Shown here one piece after another: positions 1-12,653 of a stretch of DNA of 64,000 nt. The notes beneath the pieces were generated by a model. The model ran no database searches. It saw only the letters and a list, made by a program, of their open reading frames with translations, and was not told the DNA's origin. The position numbers and the translations under genes were made by a program. The stretch is from positions 50,216-114,215 of the forward strand of contig JAUCBJ010003342.1 of NCBI GenBank assembly GCA_032718475.1, read 5' to 3'. Each line of letters opens with the position of its first letter. Positions within the stretch are counted from its first letter, which is position 1. The stretch comes from Nemertoderma westbladi (lineage: Eukaryota > Animalia > Xenacoelomorpha).

Positions 1-253
1 TTCTGCAGGGCAGTAGCCCCAGTTCCCAGCTACATAACTGGACATTCTGCAGGGCAGTAGCCCCAGTTCCCAGCTACATAACTGGACATTCTGCAGGGCA
101 GTAGCCCCAGTTCCCAGCTACATAACTGGACATTCTGCAGGGCAGTACCCCCAGTTCCCAGCTACATAACTGGACATTCTGCAGGGCAGTAGCCCCAGTT
201 CCCAGCTACTTACCTGGACATTCTGCAGGGCAGTAGCCCCAGTTCCCAGCTAC
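1..253. repeat. 44-bp tandem repeat (~5.7 copies, runs off the left edge), derived from the 3' end of host exon 5
   Basis: Unit ttctgcagggcagtagccccagttcccagctacataactggaca starts at 1, 45, 89, 133, 177, 221; the last copy overlaps coding sequence (AGNWGYCPAECP on minus strand). Confidence 0.95.
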
Positions 254-402
254 AATCATTCCATTCCCATCAACTGAAGTTGGGCACCAACTTAGATCAA
301 CAGAAATCGCTTTACATTCATTGTACTCGAAGTCTTCATGGGTAAACGGGAGAACGCAATTCCTGAACGGTCTTGGGCCGGAATTGGTTCGACACTCTTC
401 AT
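214..402 (-). CDS. Host gene exon 5: fibronectin type II domain
   Basis: AG acceptor at 404-403, GTAAGT donor at 213-208, phase 1-1, 189 bp; translates DEECRTNSGPRPFRNCVLPFTHEDFEYNECKAISVDLSWCPTSVDGNGMIVAGNWGYCPAECP (FN2 pattern C-x-x-PF...C...WC-x-T...WGYC). Confidence 0.85.
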
Positions 403-585
403 CTTGAGTAAAAAGTTATCATTATACAGTATTACATTTTTCAAGCCCGATACTGTAAGACATATGATGAGTTTTTATTAAAAGTAGTTTTTTTATTTAA
501 TATATATGAACACAATGTAGAACAGAAGTAGTACTATAAAGATGTTTCCATTAAGTTTTCCACTACCTAATGATCTATTCAGTAT

Positions 586-1567
586 AGGGGGAGTTCGAGG
601 AGGCACTTGAGAGGATGTTGGAGAGGCGTCAGCAGACTATCCGGAGAGCTGCCGAGTTTAAAACCGGCAGCTGGACGTCGACTCTCCCACTGACTGAACA
701 CCATTACGACCTGTCTCCACAGGAGTTCCGTGACGGTCTGGCAGTGCGGTACGGTAGACCCCTCCTGGGAGTGCCGAGCCGTTATGACGGGTGCGGGACC
801 GCGTTCGACCAGAACCATGGGTTGAACTGCAAGAAAGGGCGGCCTCGTGATCCAACGTCACAACGAGTTGCGGGACACCGTTGGCGACCTCGCTGGGCTC
901 GCGTTCGGGCCGCGCAACGTCACGTTGGATCCCGTGGTGTGGGAGCAGCTGGAGGGGTGAGACGTGGCTGGGCTGCAGTGTGACGTGGGGGTGCGGGGCG
1001 CATTTAACATACAGACTCAGGCGTTGTTTGATATTCGATCAACCAATCTTGACGCCGGGTCGTATGTTAACCACACCTCCATGTCTGTGTTGGAATCCGT
1101 GGAAGACGAGAAGAAACGGCTTTATTTAGCAGCAGTAACTGCTCGGCGTGGAGACTTCTCGCCTTTCGTGGATTCCTGCGATGGTGTGTTGGCCCCGCAG
1201 GCGAACAGATTCCTGCGGATAATCGCGGACAGACTGCACCGCTTGTGGGGTAAGCCTTACTCGTCCGTCATGGGTTGGGTACGCTCGCGAGTGCTGTTTG
1301 CAGTTGTCCGTGGGACCTCCCACTGCCTGCGTGGGTCAGCACCAAGTGGCGCATTGGCCTGGGACTGGAGGATGGGGCTGGCCTAACTTCACAGCCGTAG
1401 CCAGGTGGCTGGTCGGTTGGTTGGGTGTAGTTGTAGGTCTATAGGTTGGACGATATGTTTTACAGTTTAAATTTCTCACATCAAATTTTAATTGTCTGTC
1501 TGTTATTTATATTGCATTTGATAGGTTGTTCTGGTGGTGGGGTTTTTAGAGATTTTTGATTAATAAA
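586..1567 (+). mobile_element. 5'-truncated CRE-like non-LTR retrotransposon (zinc knuckle plus restriction-like endonuclease), frameshifted
   Basis: Joined frames give EFRDGLAVRYG..DGCG..HGLNCKKGG.VIQRHNELRD..LQCDVGVRG..ALFDIR..EKKRLY..FSPFV.S.DGVL..WGKPYS.VMGWVR..CLRGS, a typical CRE-clade C-terminus; AATAAA at ~1562. Confidence 0.8.
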
Positions 1568-1713
1568 CGGTGTTCATTTCAATATAGGTATAAAGCATAG
1601 GTACTAACTACAGTAAAACATATGTGGGTACTCTTTCTATTCAGTATAAAATTTATTTTCATGTTCAGCTCATTTTTGTTTGGTAAGATCCATTTTATGC
1701 AACATTAACTAAC

Positions 1714-1832
1714 CATCCACCTTTTTAGCTTCTTCACATACGAGTTTAATAGAGGTGATTGTGTTGATACCCAATTCATCTCCATAGAAGCCTGGTAGTA
1801 ACATTATGGGGGAACCTGTGTAGCTCACACCT
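1714..1832 (-). CDS. Host gene exon 4: fourth beta/gamma-crystallin Greek key
   Basis: CAG acceptor 1835-1833, GTTAGT donor 1713-1708, phase 2-1; GGVSYTGSPIMLLPGFYGDELGINTITSIKLVCEEAKKVD joins exon 3 (..SWRLY) and exon 5 in frame. Confidence 0.8.
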
Positions 1833-2887
1833 CTGGAATATAATTAACCGTGTAAGGGGACCATTACCTTTTCCATAATTTACAAAATTAGATTGATAGA
1901 AGGGCTTACATGTGGTTACATCGGTTTTCACCATTGATGATTTTTGACCACTAAACTCTACTTTCTACAACAGTATTTATGGCTGTTATTCATGACTATG
2001 TATAAAACAACCCTTTTTCAGTTTGTCGATTTTGACTTTTTCATCACTAAATTCCCAACTACTTGTTTATTTTTTACTCAATTGTCATCAAACCTATACT
2101 AAAATGTTCAGAACTTTGTAAAACATGGCCATCTGGATGTTCTGTCACTGAAGGGATATCTTTCATCATGGGGGTGAGAATATCGAAAGACCCTTATCCG
2201 ATCCTTAGGTGCTTCCATAGTAGAATATCTACCTCCCTTCCAATTAAACTTCCGGTTTCGTTCAGGGACCCTGCTGTCAGACAATTTGTACCAGTCGAGG
2301 ATGTGTAGTATACCCCGGTAGCAGTGTCATCAAATAAGAATTTGACTTGCAATGTATTGAGAACTACTAGAACAATAACTACTATTTCTCATCAATAGAA
2401 GTTACTGCACTTATGGTGCGAATAACGTAACCCAATAATACAGGTTAATATACAACAAAGTAATATAGGGTAAGGTGACATTTAATATAGAAATGCACCT
2501 GAGAATAAACTATATATCAAACACCAACACATTAAATACGCCGCAATATAGGCAACAATCGTCACTAAACACTGACCGGTCTACTATTAACACCTCAACT
2601 ATGTACACTCCCAAAATGTCAGTTTACCATCTCAGCTGTGAGTACTGTTGTCAACTGTTACTTTGTAATGTATTACCCAGTCAGCTGAATAACTTTTCTC
2701 AGTGAATTCTATGGGAATATCTATTATTATTATTATCACAATTTAATTTAAAAAAGATTAATTAAAAAGCGCCACTAATTGAATGCCACCCCAAATTAGA
2801 TGATTTAACACCAAAATAAATTATTTTGCACCAAATATATATTTTTGTAGCACCAATTCACATCCCCCAATTTTGAATATCCTTCTC

Positions 2888-3232
2888 ACCAAAAACAATT
2901 ATTCATCCCCCAAAAACAATTATTCATCCCCCAAAAACAATTATTCATCCCCCAAAAACAATTATTCATCCCCCAAAAACAATTATTGATTCCCCAAAAA
3001 CAATTATTCATCCCTCAAAAACAATTATTCATCCCCCAAAAACCATTATTGATTCCCCAAAAACAATTATTCATCCCCCAAAAACAATTATTGATTCCCC
3101 AAAAACAATTATCCATCCCCCAAAAACAATTATTCATCCCCCAAAAACAATTATTCATCCCACCAAAACAATTATTCTACCCCCAAAAACAATTATTCTA
3201 CCCCCATAAACAATTATTCTACCCCCATAAAC
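2888..3232. repeat. 21-bp minisatellite (~16 copies)
   Basis: Unit cccccaaaaacaattattcat; explains the spurious (IPQKQLF)n ORF. Confidence 0.95.
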
Positions 3233-4870
3233 AAGCGAATAGGCCAAGCGAGTTTGTTGTTACAGGACATAAGGGGTGCTAATAGTTCTATATCTTGTGG
3301 AAAACTCAGCTAGTTTCAACTTTACCTTCCACATATTGTTGATAAACAGTATCTTAGTAAATTAAACGCAGTTAGATAACTAGCCAATGCCCCGAGTCTG
3401 GGCTTGTGCAGGACAGTGGTAATGCACAGGTTGAAAACTATAAGTCAGTCTTTGTTTGTAATAACTAATGGTTTTGCTGCAGGAACTACATACAGCTGAA
3501 CAAGTGAGGTACAATATGATGTAGAATGGTCTAACGTAGAATAATACTATACTATATAGGAGTTCTATCAGGACCGCTGGATACGGTAATGCATGTGTCA
3601 AACCCTCTAGGCTCTGATTGGCTGCTATGAGTAGCTACAAATTGGCTGTGTAACAGTGACAATATATGACTAATCAATGTTTGGGTAATCTAATCTCCAG
3701 CATTCCCTCAAATATACAAATATTTGTATCTAATATCTGTATACAAATATACAATATTATAATATTCTTAGGTTCCGCATCCCTACCACCCCCCCGCCCC
3801 CCCTCCCCCTCCCTCCCCCTCCACCACCCCCCACCCTAGGTAGATAGTTACTTACTAGCGTTGCTATAAAACTATCTCCCTACCACTTTATATTATACAG
3901 AAATTATGGTGTTATCTTATTATTGTTTGTGAATTTATTTTGTGGAAAATAAACTTATCTTATCTTATCTTACAGTATTAGAGATTGTTAGCGACTAGTC
4001 CCTGTACAACTCTATGCACAATGTGTAAACAATATAACACAGTTACTGTATGGCATTGGCATAGCTTGCGCAACATGTGATTGTGGCTGGTTTGGCCGCT
4101 AGCCCTTAATTGCTATATTGACTTTATTAGGTAGCAAATCGCTTATTGGTGGGTGAGAATAACTGCCGTAAAATGGATGGTGGCTAATACGGCGGCATAT
4201 TGGTTTCTGAAGTGGTGAAGTGCTTATAGGGATAATCCCGTAACAATGGTTGAATCGTTAATTCTATCTATGTGCTGCATGAGTGGAGCGTTGTTGCTGT
4301 TGCTGGTACTAACTAGAAAGGTGGATATTTAAACTATAATTATCATTTATAAAATCAAGGGTGTTGCGGCATTGGGGTTCAATTGAATTATATTGGCCAT
4401 TGATAGGACAGTTTAGTACTTCAGCAATAAATATTTTGTACTGCAGTAATAACTATTTACATACTTGTGTGTAAAGTAGCACTTTACAGTGTGATAATCC
4501 GAGTGGCTTTTTACACGAACGAACGTTAGAGAGTGAGTGAAAATAAAGCCACGAGGAACAGAACACTGTAAAGTACTTTGCAACAAGTATGTATGTAGTT
4601 TTATTCAAAAATTTTAACATTACGAAATGATAGTACATATACATTATAAGTGATAGAAACTGCACAAATTATATTAGTGGCTGTATAAATAATTTAAAAA
4701 ATGACAAATTATGTTATAAATAAGTTAGCTTATATTTATGGTGGCGTGTGGAGCCATGTTACTGTATAATAATATAGCTAGGCCCTACTGGTTATTAATA
4801 GCTATACCCCGCCTACCGGTAGGTATTGCAGTAGGCCTATCTGGCTGTCAGGCAAATTTCCACCTATTGT

Positions 4871-4928
4871 TAACCATGACGGCGTTAAGTAATGTCCACT
4901 AGGGTATTACTTAACGCCGTCATGGTTA
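4871..4928. repeat. Perfect 23-bp inverted repeat with 12-nt spacer
   Basis: taaccatgacggcgttaagtaat / attacttaacgccgtcatggtta. Confidence 0.9.
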
Positions 4929-5282
4929 TCATGCAAACAATAACACCAAATACAATACTAAATGTACAGGCCAATACAATGCTGTAATGTCCTCTAAAGT
5001 TGTAAAGTGCTAAATAACAACTCGCTGTTAATACTAACGGCGTTGAGTAATGTTACAATTTTGGAATAATAATTATTTGTTATGCAGTAATAATTATTTG
5101 TTACTGTGTAATAATAATTATTTGTTACTGCAGTAATAATTATTTGTTACTGCAGTAACTAACAATTATGCACTAACTAAAGTTACATTTGGAAGACAAT
5201 GATGGTGACAGACACCATTATCAGTGATTAATTGGAAATTACTCCATAATCCAATAAATATATAGTAGGCCTAAATACGTAC

Positions 5283-5430
5283 CCATAGAGTCTCCAGGAG
5301 AATTTTCCAGTTATGATGATGGACTTTGTAAAAACAGTAAAATCATCGGCAAGATTACTTATGCTGCATCTGGAGGAAGCGGCTTTGTCAACTCTATCAG
5401 TTGGGGGGATGCACGTTTCGTAAGAGAGAC
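5283..5430 (-). CDS. Host gene exon 3: beta/gamma-crystallin domain 2 (part)
   Basis: AG acceptor 5432-5431, GTACGT donor 5282-5277, phase 1-2; GLSYETCIPPTDRVDKAASSRCSISNLADDFTVFTKSIIITGKFSWRLY. Confidence 0.8.
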
Positions 5431-5873
5431 CTTAAATAAATTAAGTTGAACTTTACAGAAAATAAAGCCCTCATTTGCGGTCTATAAAGCAATTATCCAA
5501 TCAATCTCCAAAAATGCGGATAATAAAATATTTAACCAATCAAATAATGTTCTAGAAGTTTATTCTGCTGATTTCTCATTATTTATTCTAGATCAGTAAT
5601 TACGATGGTAATTATTAATAAATTTAGCATTAAAATGTTTAGTTGTATGATATTTTCCTCCTGTAAATGTTCTGGAATATCAACTTCACTCACAAACCAA
5701 AACTATTATATTGTAGCTTGTATTAATTAATTACCCATTTGTGAAAAAATTACCGCCAACTTACTATAACCTTGCAACGTTAAACCTCCCAATTCCATTG
5801 TGCTACATTGGACAATTATTTACATTATTGTTTATGTTAAATAATCAAGATGTAATTTAATACTGGGCCTGAC

Positions 5874-6031
5874 CTGTATAGAACGTTCCATTAAACAGAG
5901 TCATTCCGTTTCCAAGAACGAGTTTCAAGGAACTGAGTGTATCGGCCGAATTCGGTAGTTGACTAGTTGAGTAGTCACCTGGCTGTGCTATGTCTATAGC
6001 ACCATCGAAGTTGTCAGTGTACAAAATCCAG
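5874..6031 (-). CDS. Host gene exon 2: beta/gamma-crystallin Greek keys
   Basis: TAG acceptor 6034-6032, GTCAGG donor 5873-5868, phase 2-1; WILYTDNFDGAIDIAQPGDYSTSQLPNSADTLSSLKLVLGNGMTLFNGTFYT. Confidence 0.85.
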
Positions 6032-6274
6032 CTACAAATTATAATTATACTACAATTATGTGTATTATCAAGTAATTTTTCAATAATAATTATCAATAAG
6101 TATATTATCAGTACTTGTTTATTAGAAGACCGTAAGGGCTAATTGCTGTACAATCACACTTTTTTTTCAAAATCAGTTCTCGGGATATCATCGAATTACT
6201 TTTAATTAGATGCTTTTAAATAGATCTCGGACATACAAGGTATCAGATAGTATCTCCAGGTCTATTTTTTACCT

Positions 6275-6347
6275 GAGCCGCTAGCTGAATGGTTAGAGCG
6301 TCAGACTTCCAACTCGGAGGTAACCAGTTCGATCCCACCTGGACGTC
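6275..6347 (+). other. tRNA-derived sequence (SINE head or tRNA pseudogene)
   Basis: A box TAGCTGAATGG and B box GTTCGATCC at tRNA spacing, but anticodon and acceptor stems do not pair. Confidence 0.55.
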
Positions 6348-7002
6348 ATTGCCGACTTTGCAAAAGCTGTGCCCAACAAAAAGTTATTTTAAAAATTTAA
6401 AATTACCGTTAGGGCTTACTTGTTGAGAGGTATATGAGCCGCTATAACTCTCTCAAACTGCTATAACTCTGTCAAACTGTCCTGATCTTAGGGCCTGATG
6501 GTCTTCTAGCCATCTTGCTGGCTCTCTAGTAAATAATTTTATGACAATTTTAATACTGTATAAGACTCTGCACTATAATCGAGTTTTATTGGTGTTGTAA
6601 GGGTCTAAGCCACGATTCTAAGTAAAACAAATTCCTTTTTATCATATGGCCATTTCGTGTCTTAACACACGTCTTCAGTGATATAAATACAGTATATATT
6701 AAAATGTTTACATAATTTACATATTAAAATAAGTACGTACGCGGTTAAATTTAATTGAATAATATACTGTAAAAGATACTAATTTACGAGGCTATCGTAC
6801 TGTATATGCCTGGTTACGAGGGTACTATTAAATAATTAAAATAAATAAAATTATGAGCAGTGGTAAAAAGAGAGATTAGGCTGACATGGAGGATAGATTA
6901 AATTAAAATAGGTAAGTAAAATAAAGTTAAAAATATAATTGTATGATACTTTATAAATCGATAAAATGCGAAGTGTGGCTAAGGATAGGCTAGGTAGACC
7001 AG

Positions 7003-7550
7003 GCTAGGTAGATACAATTAATTAAGCTAAAATAAGTAAAAATAAATAAAAAGATATACGGCGATTTAGGTATGGATGGCTAGGTAGATACAATTAATTA
7101 AGTTAAAATAAGTAAAAATAAATAAAAAGATATACGCGATTTAGGTATGGATGGCTAGGTAGATACAATTAATTAAGTTAAAATAAGTAAAAATAAATAA
7201 AAATATATACGGCGATTTAGGTATGGATGGCTTGGTAGATACAATTAATTAAGTTAAAATAAGTAAAAATAAATAAAAATATATACGCGATTTAGGTATG
7301 GATGGCTAGGTAGATACAATTAATTAAGTTAAAATAAGTAAAAATAAATAAAAATATATACGGCGATTTAGGTATGGATGGTTAGGGAGATACAATTAAT
7401 TAAGTTAAAATAAGTAAAAATAAATAAAAATATATACGCGATTTAGGTATGGATGGCTAGGTAGATACAATTAATTAAGTTAAAATAAGTAAAAATAAAT
7501 AAAAAGATATACGGCGATTTAGGTATGGATGGCTAGGGAGATACAATTAA
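7003..7550. repeat. 75/76-bp tandem repeat (~7 copies) with alternating unit lengths
   Basis: Units start at 7005, 7081, 7156, 7232, 7307, 7383, 7458, 7534. Confidence 0.95.
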
Positions 7551-7798
7551 ATAAAATGAAATAAAGTTGAAATTAAATGAAATAAATTTAAATTATTTAA
7601 AACATGACCAGATAATCGATAAATTTCATAAAATGAGATAAAGTTGATAGATGACACCACAATGCTGGAATAAATTACTGCAGGTCTATCAGCTGTTGAA
7701 ACGAGCCGCATACAATAATAAAATATATAATATAACACCACCATCGAAGGTACGCTAATGTTATACAAATTGAATTGAGTTACAAAAAGCAGAATGAT

Positions 7799-8640
7799 TT
7801 AGTATAATGGTGGAATAACTTTGTTGAGGGGAGGGCGGTGTAGATTAATAAGGATGGCTTCAGTGTGAATACGCCGGTGGTGATTACGAAATTGCTGTAC
7901 GCAGGTAACAGTATATTTCCGACACTCGGCGAAGTGTTCCAGAAGGATGACTTCTGGGTTGCTGGTCACCACGTTCGGTTTGTTGGGTTTAGGAGGGGCA
8001 TTTAGGGACTTCCGATATTCTTGGATATTCTCCCGGTGCTTGTTGAGTCGTTTGTGGAGGTGCTGCTCAGTTCGGCCGAGGTAGTACTGGGGCGGGTGTT
8101 CATTGCACGTTATTATATGTATAAATCATTATGGGCCTTACAGTTGAACCGGCCTCGAATACGGTCTCCCCATGGTGTGTGTGAGAGGTCGTTAATCACT
8201 GGGCATGTTAGACACCGAGATTGACCACACGGGTGGTTGCCAAGTGCTAGGGTTGGTTCTCGTTTTCGTATAAGTAATTTACCCAAACTAGGTTCGTTAC
8301 GTGGTATCGAAAGCCCGTGGGCGTGAAGGCGTTTGTTATGCCTACTGGTAACCGCGTTGAGTGAGGGAAGGAATTGTGGCGTGGTTGGTAAATACACGAT
8401 TTGATCGCTAGGTGGCGCAGGTAGTATTTTAGGCCGTTTTATTGGGGGGAGGGCAGGTGATGGGTCCCATGCGTACATAGTTAGAAGGAAGTTAAGGGGA
8501 TAGCCACGCAATTTACATTTGTCCAAGTATTGGTGCCTGTAGATCCTAAAAACTGAATGCGAGTCAGTCACACGCCGAATTCGAAGAACTTCGGATTTCA
8601 CAATAGCCAGAAGGGCCGGTTTATGGTGGAAGCTGGCGTA
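7799..8640 (-). mobile_element. Penelope-like element 3' fragment (RT thumb region, linker, GIY-YIG endonuclease), frameshifted
   Basis: KSEVLRIRR..RGYP..LGKLLIR..PCGQSRCLTC..FNCKAHNDLY / IITCNEHPPQYYLGRTEQHLHKRLNKHR..RRIHTEAILINLHRPPLN. Confidence 0.85.
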
Positions 8641-9029
8641 TGCTCTGCACTATGGTACTGACAAACACCAGGCACAGTCACTCATCTATGGCATTCTAAA
8701 AACGTATATTCGTCATAGGAAATGTTTAACACTAGTTGGCAAAGCCGGTGATTCTAGTTTTACCATGACCTATTTTTATTTCTTTCATTTTGTTGCCAAA
8801 TTTTCCTAACATATATTAAATTGTATGAAACCAATATGAATCTATTCTAGAATGCATTGTAACAGAACCGAAATCCTGAATATGTAAAGTCTATGACAAC
8901 TTAATTATCCTATTCTTCTAATAAACCCTATATTAGAGAGCGGGTTTCAAATTAAATGGTTGGTTGATATTTGATTTGGATATTGTTCTAAAATAAACAT
9001 TGTTTCAAGTGGATCACATTTATACTAAC

Positions 9030-9262
9030 GTTCCACACACGACTCTTACAGAAGAGACAACGTCATTCATTCCGTCGGATGATAACTGGGTGGAGTCAGT
9101 CGTCATTGAGTACTCTTTGGATATGCCTGACTGGTCATCGTCCTGGTACAACCAAATCTCAGGTATGCAGCCTGAGATTTCCTCACAATAGGCTGGAGTG
9201 CTCGACCAGACCACTAGAGTGATCCCCCCGACGACCCCCAACATAAAGGTACCTAAATGCAT
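9030..9262 (-). CDS. Host gene first coding exon: signal peptide plus first crystallin Greek key
   Basis: ATG at 9262; MHLGTFMLGVVGGITLVVWSSTPAYC (hydrophobic leader) then IWLYQDDDQSG..NDVVSSVRVVCG; GTTAGT donor at 9029, phase 2 gives SSVRVVCGTWILY across the junction. Confidence 0.85.
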
Positions 9263-12054
9263 TGTAGATCCAGCAGACCCTAGCAATATATATTATCTAG
9301 TTGTCTAATTATCTAAATAAATCCACAAATGCAAACATATAATTTGTTTTAATTGGTATAATACACGTTTATGCTTCTCAGTGTATATTGTTTATACTGC
9401 TCTACTACACTGCTAACTAACTAGTGGTTGTTATTCCACATATTATGAGGGCAATGCATGCCAATGGTGATGATCGGATGTGTGCACTGTGCATGAGTAT
9501 AGATTTTACTCAGGAAGAGCATACTCCGTATGGGTTAACATATTTATGTTAGGTAATATAATTAGATTTATGTTGGGTAATTAGGCGATGGGATGATGTG
9601 TCTTGCTGTTATATATTGATCATTTTCCTCATATTATTTCTAGGAAAAAGCTTATTAATCTGTTAATGTAAAATCAGCAGTAAGTAGATCAGTTGTGTAA
9701 TGTGAAGACTGCTTGGCGCCTATTTCTATTGTACTGCTGCACTAACTGCGGTTCTGTTAATGGATGATTTGGTCTTCGGTATTTTGAATTTAACAACACT
9801 TTTAATACATTTTTAATTTGTTTGGATAATTATTATGGGCGAATGTATTATATGCGGAACCCACGAAACGAGATCGCCCCGGACGCCTGTGCCGACGCTG
9901 CAAAGATGCCTCAACAACATCGTTGTCACATTCCCAACCTAGTGTTAATTATGCGAAACAAACGGGACCGCGTAATGTCCGATCACCATCCAACACCCCT
10001 TTGGCACCACACTCGCCACGCCCCCTACTATCAACGATGAATTATGATGTTCAACAATCCAGCGATGACGAACGCCCCCCACCATAATGGGCATATTTTC
10101 AGTGATACACCAGTCAGACAGGTAGCCATTGCATATTTCACCCCCCAACGCTACTTATATTAATTTAACTTCTGTATCTATAACTAACTATGCATTGCTA
10201 TGGTTTTTTATGTTTTTTTATTTATTTTATTTTGTATCCACTGTAACTATTGTTTGTGACTGTTGTTTGTGACGTGTACATATTTTTAATTTTTTATTTA
10301 AAGATCCGTTTTTAGTTATATTTTTGCCCTAATTGTGTGTTTATTATACTTTCTATTGAATACTTTTAAATAATGTACCTGTCCTGTATAAATATGTGTT
10401 TTATCTGTTTTTAGCGTATATAATAATCTTAATTGATTTCCAAATTGACTTTTAAAATGTGTTTTATTTGCCATTGTAAAGACCTATATAATATATGTAC
10501 AGTAGGCTCTAGTAATTTTTGTGGTAGCTAGTAATTAATATATATTGGTTGGATGCGTGGGGTGTGGTGGGTTGGGGGAATAGGGCGGGTTTCAGGTGTG
10601 GGGTGGTGGGTTTGAGGTGTGGGATGTTTGGTTGACAGTTTGGGGTGTTTGGTTGGAGGTGTAGGATGGTGGGCTGGAAGTATGTGACAAATGCTTCCAA
10701 TGGCATGGTGGGTTGGCGGAGGTGTCTCGTGTCCGAGAAGCCCAATAAACGGAAAAGCTCAAAAACTGCAGCCTTTTCATTTTCTGGGGAGGTTTATTTC
10801 ATTTTTTTTATTTACTAGCCAGTTACTTGACTAGCTAAATTTTCTAAACAGACCACCCCAGTAAAAGAAAAATCTCAGTATAGTAGCTTTTTCGTTTACT
10901 GGGGTGGTCAATTTCTTGTAATTGCGACCATCATACTCATATTTTTATTTAGTAGGTAGTTACTAGCTAAATTTGACTAGCTATATTTGCTTCACAAACG
11001 CTTTATTACACGATTGTTCAAAGAAATTTCACTGGAAATGAGGTAAAAACGAGCCTTAACATTTTCAACAGACAACCCCAGTTACCGAAAAAGCGCCCAA
11101 AGATCTTTACTGACATAATCACATGAGGGTGCCGTCCAATCTTAGAAGCTTTATTCGCAACACTATTTTTGTCCGACTACACTGTGAACAAATGATACTT
11201 TTATCACACGAACATTTTGGAAACCCAAACATGATAAATTCATTCTTGTCATTTATTTCTCAGAATAAACGGTATCTAAGTATAATACATATATTTTATA
11301 CAATCTACTCACAGATTTAAGAAATATGCATATAATTTGAAAGGCAATGTAAAAATAATTTTACTACCCGCCAGGAATATAAAAAATCACGAATTTTGTG
11401 AGCATTAAAAGCCTTTTATTCAAACAATTAGACTGGTATTTAGCATACATTTTTTCCGATGCACACAAAACTTGAGTCCCTTCCATTGCCTTACAATACG
11501 CTAATAATATGCATATTTTTTATGCGATTTTCACGTGATGCACTATATTTTACAATTCCATACTCATATTTGAGTAAATCAATTGTAGATGAATGACTCC
11601 ATTGAATTTTTGTAATTGCAGGTTGTATTTTAGATTTTTTTACTCTACATTATTTGGAGGCAGGTGCGAAGTTAGACCCATTTTTATTATCAGAGACTTG
11701 ACAACTGACCCTAACCAAGGACCAACACGAAACACAGACAGTATGACACCGTCAACTGACCCTAACCAAGGACCCAAATGAAACACTGCCAAAATTTAAA
11801 AACAAATTTTAGCTATATACCAAATAATTACTAGCTAACCAGACCATAATACATCACTGCCACTACAGTATGTAGGGAATGGCCAATTCTGCTCAGCCTA
11901 CTTGAGTAATAAAATGGATCCAATTCCGCACCTTCCAAATTATTTGACAATTATTAATTGAACGAAAAAAATGTTGTTTGTTTGTTCAAAATTTAATAAA
12001 AGTGTGTTATTCCACTGTAAATCAATAAACTGAATTTCTTTACCTATTTTTCAG

Positions 12055-12185
12055 AACTGACGACTGTATTAGAGGAAATAGTAAATGAGATGATCAAGCA
12101 ACACAAACCAATGATGAATGAAATCAAGAATCTAGGTGAAAAAATGAACGACATGCATGAGGATGTGAAAAAGCTACTGGAAAAG
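12055..12185 (+). pseudogene. Probable exon (coiled-coil) of a spliced gene ending in a piggyBac-type cysteine-rich domain
   Basis: Polypyrimidine-CAG acceptor, AAG|GTAAAC donor in phase 0; LTTVLEEIVNEMIKQHKPMMNEIKNLGEKMNDMHEDVKKLLEK. Confidence 0.5.
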
Positions 12186-12653
12186 GTAAACAGCTCTACA
12201 TATCACCAAGTTTTCAGCCTCATCATAATGGCAGTGATAGGCTACCAAAGCAATACTCTTGGCTCTGCGTATTGAAAAAAAATGGGTTGATCCATGACCT
12301 TTTCAATAATTAATATTGTGGTAATATTGAAGCTAAAAGATGGAAGATGACACTGTTTGGAGAGCCAATGCGATAGTGATATGCATAGTGGGTGTCCCGT
12401 CCCAGGCCATGTTCCATATTTGGAACAATACTTTAATGTGGACGAATATGGTTCCAATTTGTTCCATATATGAAATGTTCCATATTTAGAACTGTGGCGT
12501 TCAGAACATTCCAGAACATGTACACACCAATTTAAGCAATTATCAGCATTGGTGCTGGAATATTCCGGAACAAAACAATTCCAGCAAAAATCATAATGTT
12601 CTGCAACACTCTGTAACATCTGACTGCCAAAGAGAACTTTGTTTCAAGAGAAT

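Noticed and set aside
2986-3282. (IPQKQLF)n ORF
   Set aside because: Translation of a 21-bp minisatellite.
1868-3635. Extra exon-like pieces in host intron 3 (KVEFSGQ.. at ~1960, VKFLFDDTATG.. at ~2360, DTCITVSSGPD.. at ~3600)
   Set aside because: They hit stops or have incompatible phases, and exon 3 joins exon 4 cleanly without them; they may be decayed duplicates but I cannot support that.
6275-6347. Functional tRNA-Gly(TCC)
   Set aside because: Anticodon and acceptor stems do not pair; kept only as tRNA-derived sequence.
9822-10780. Short ORFs in two GC-richer patches
   Set aside because: No recognisable domain or splice support; 10540-10720 is a degenerate 21-bp repeat.
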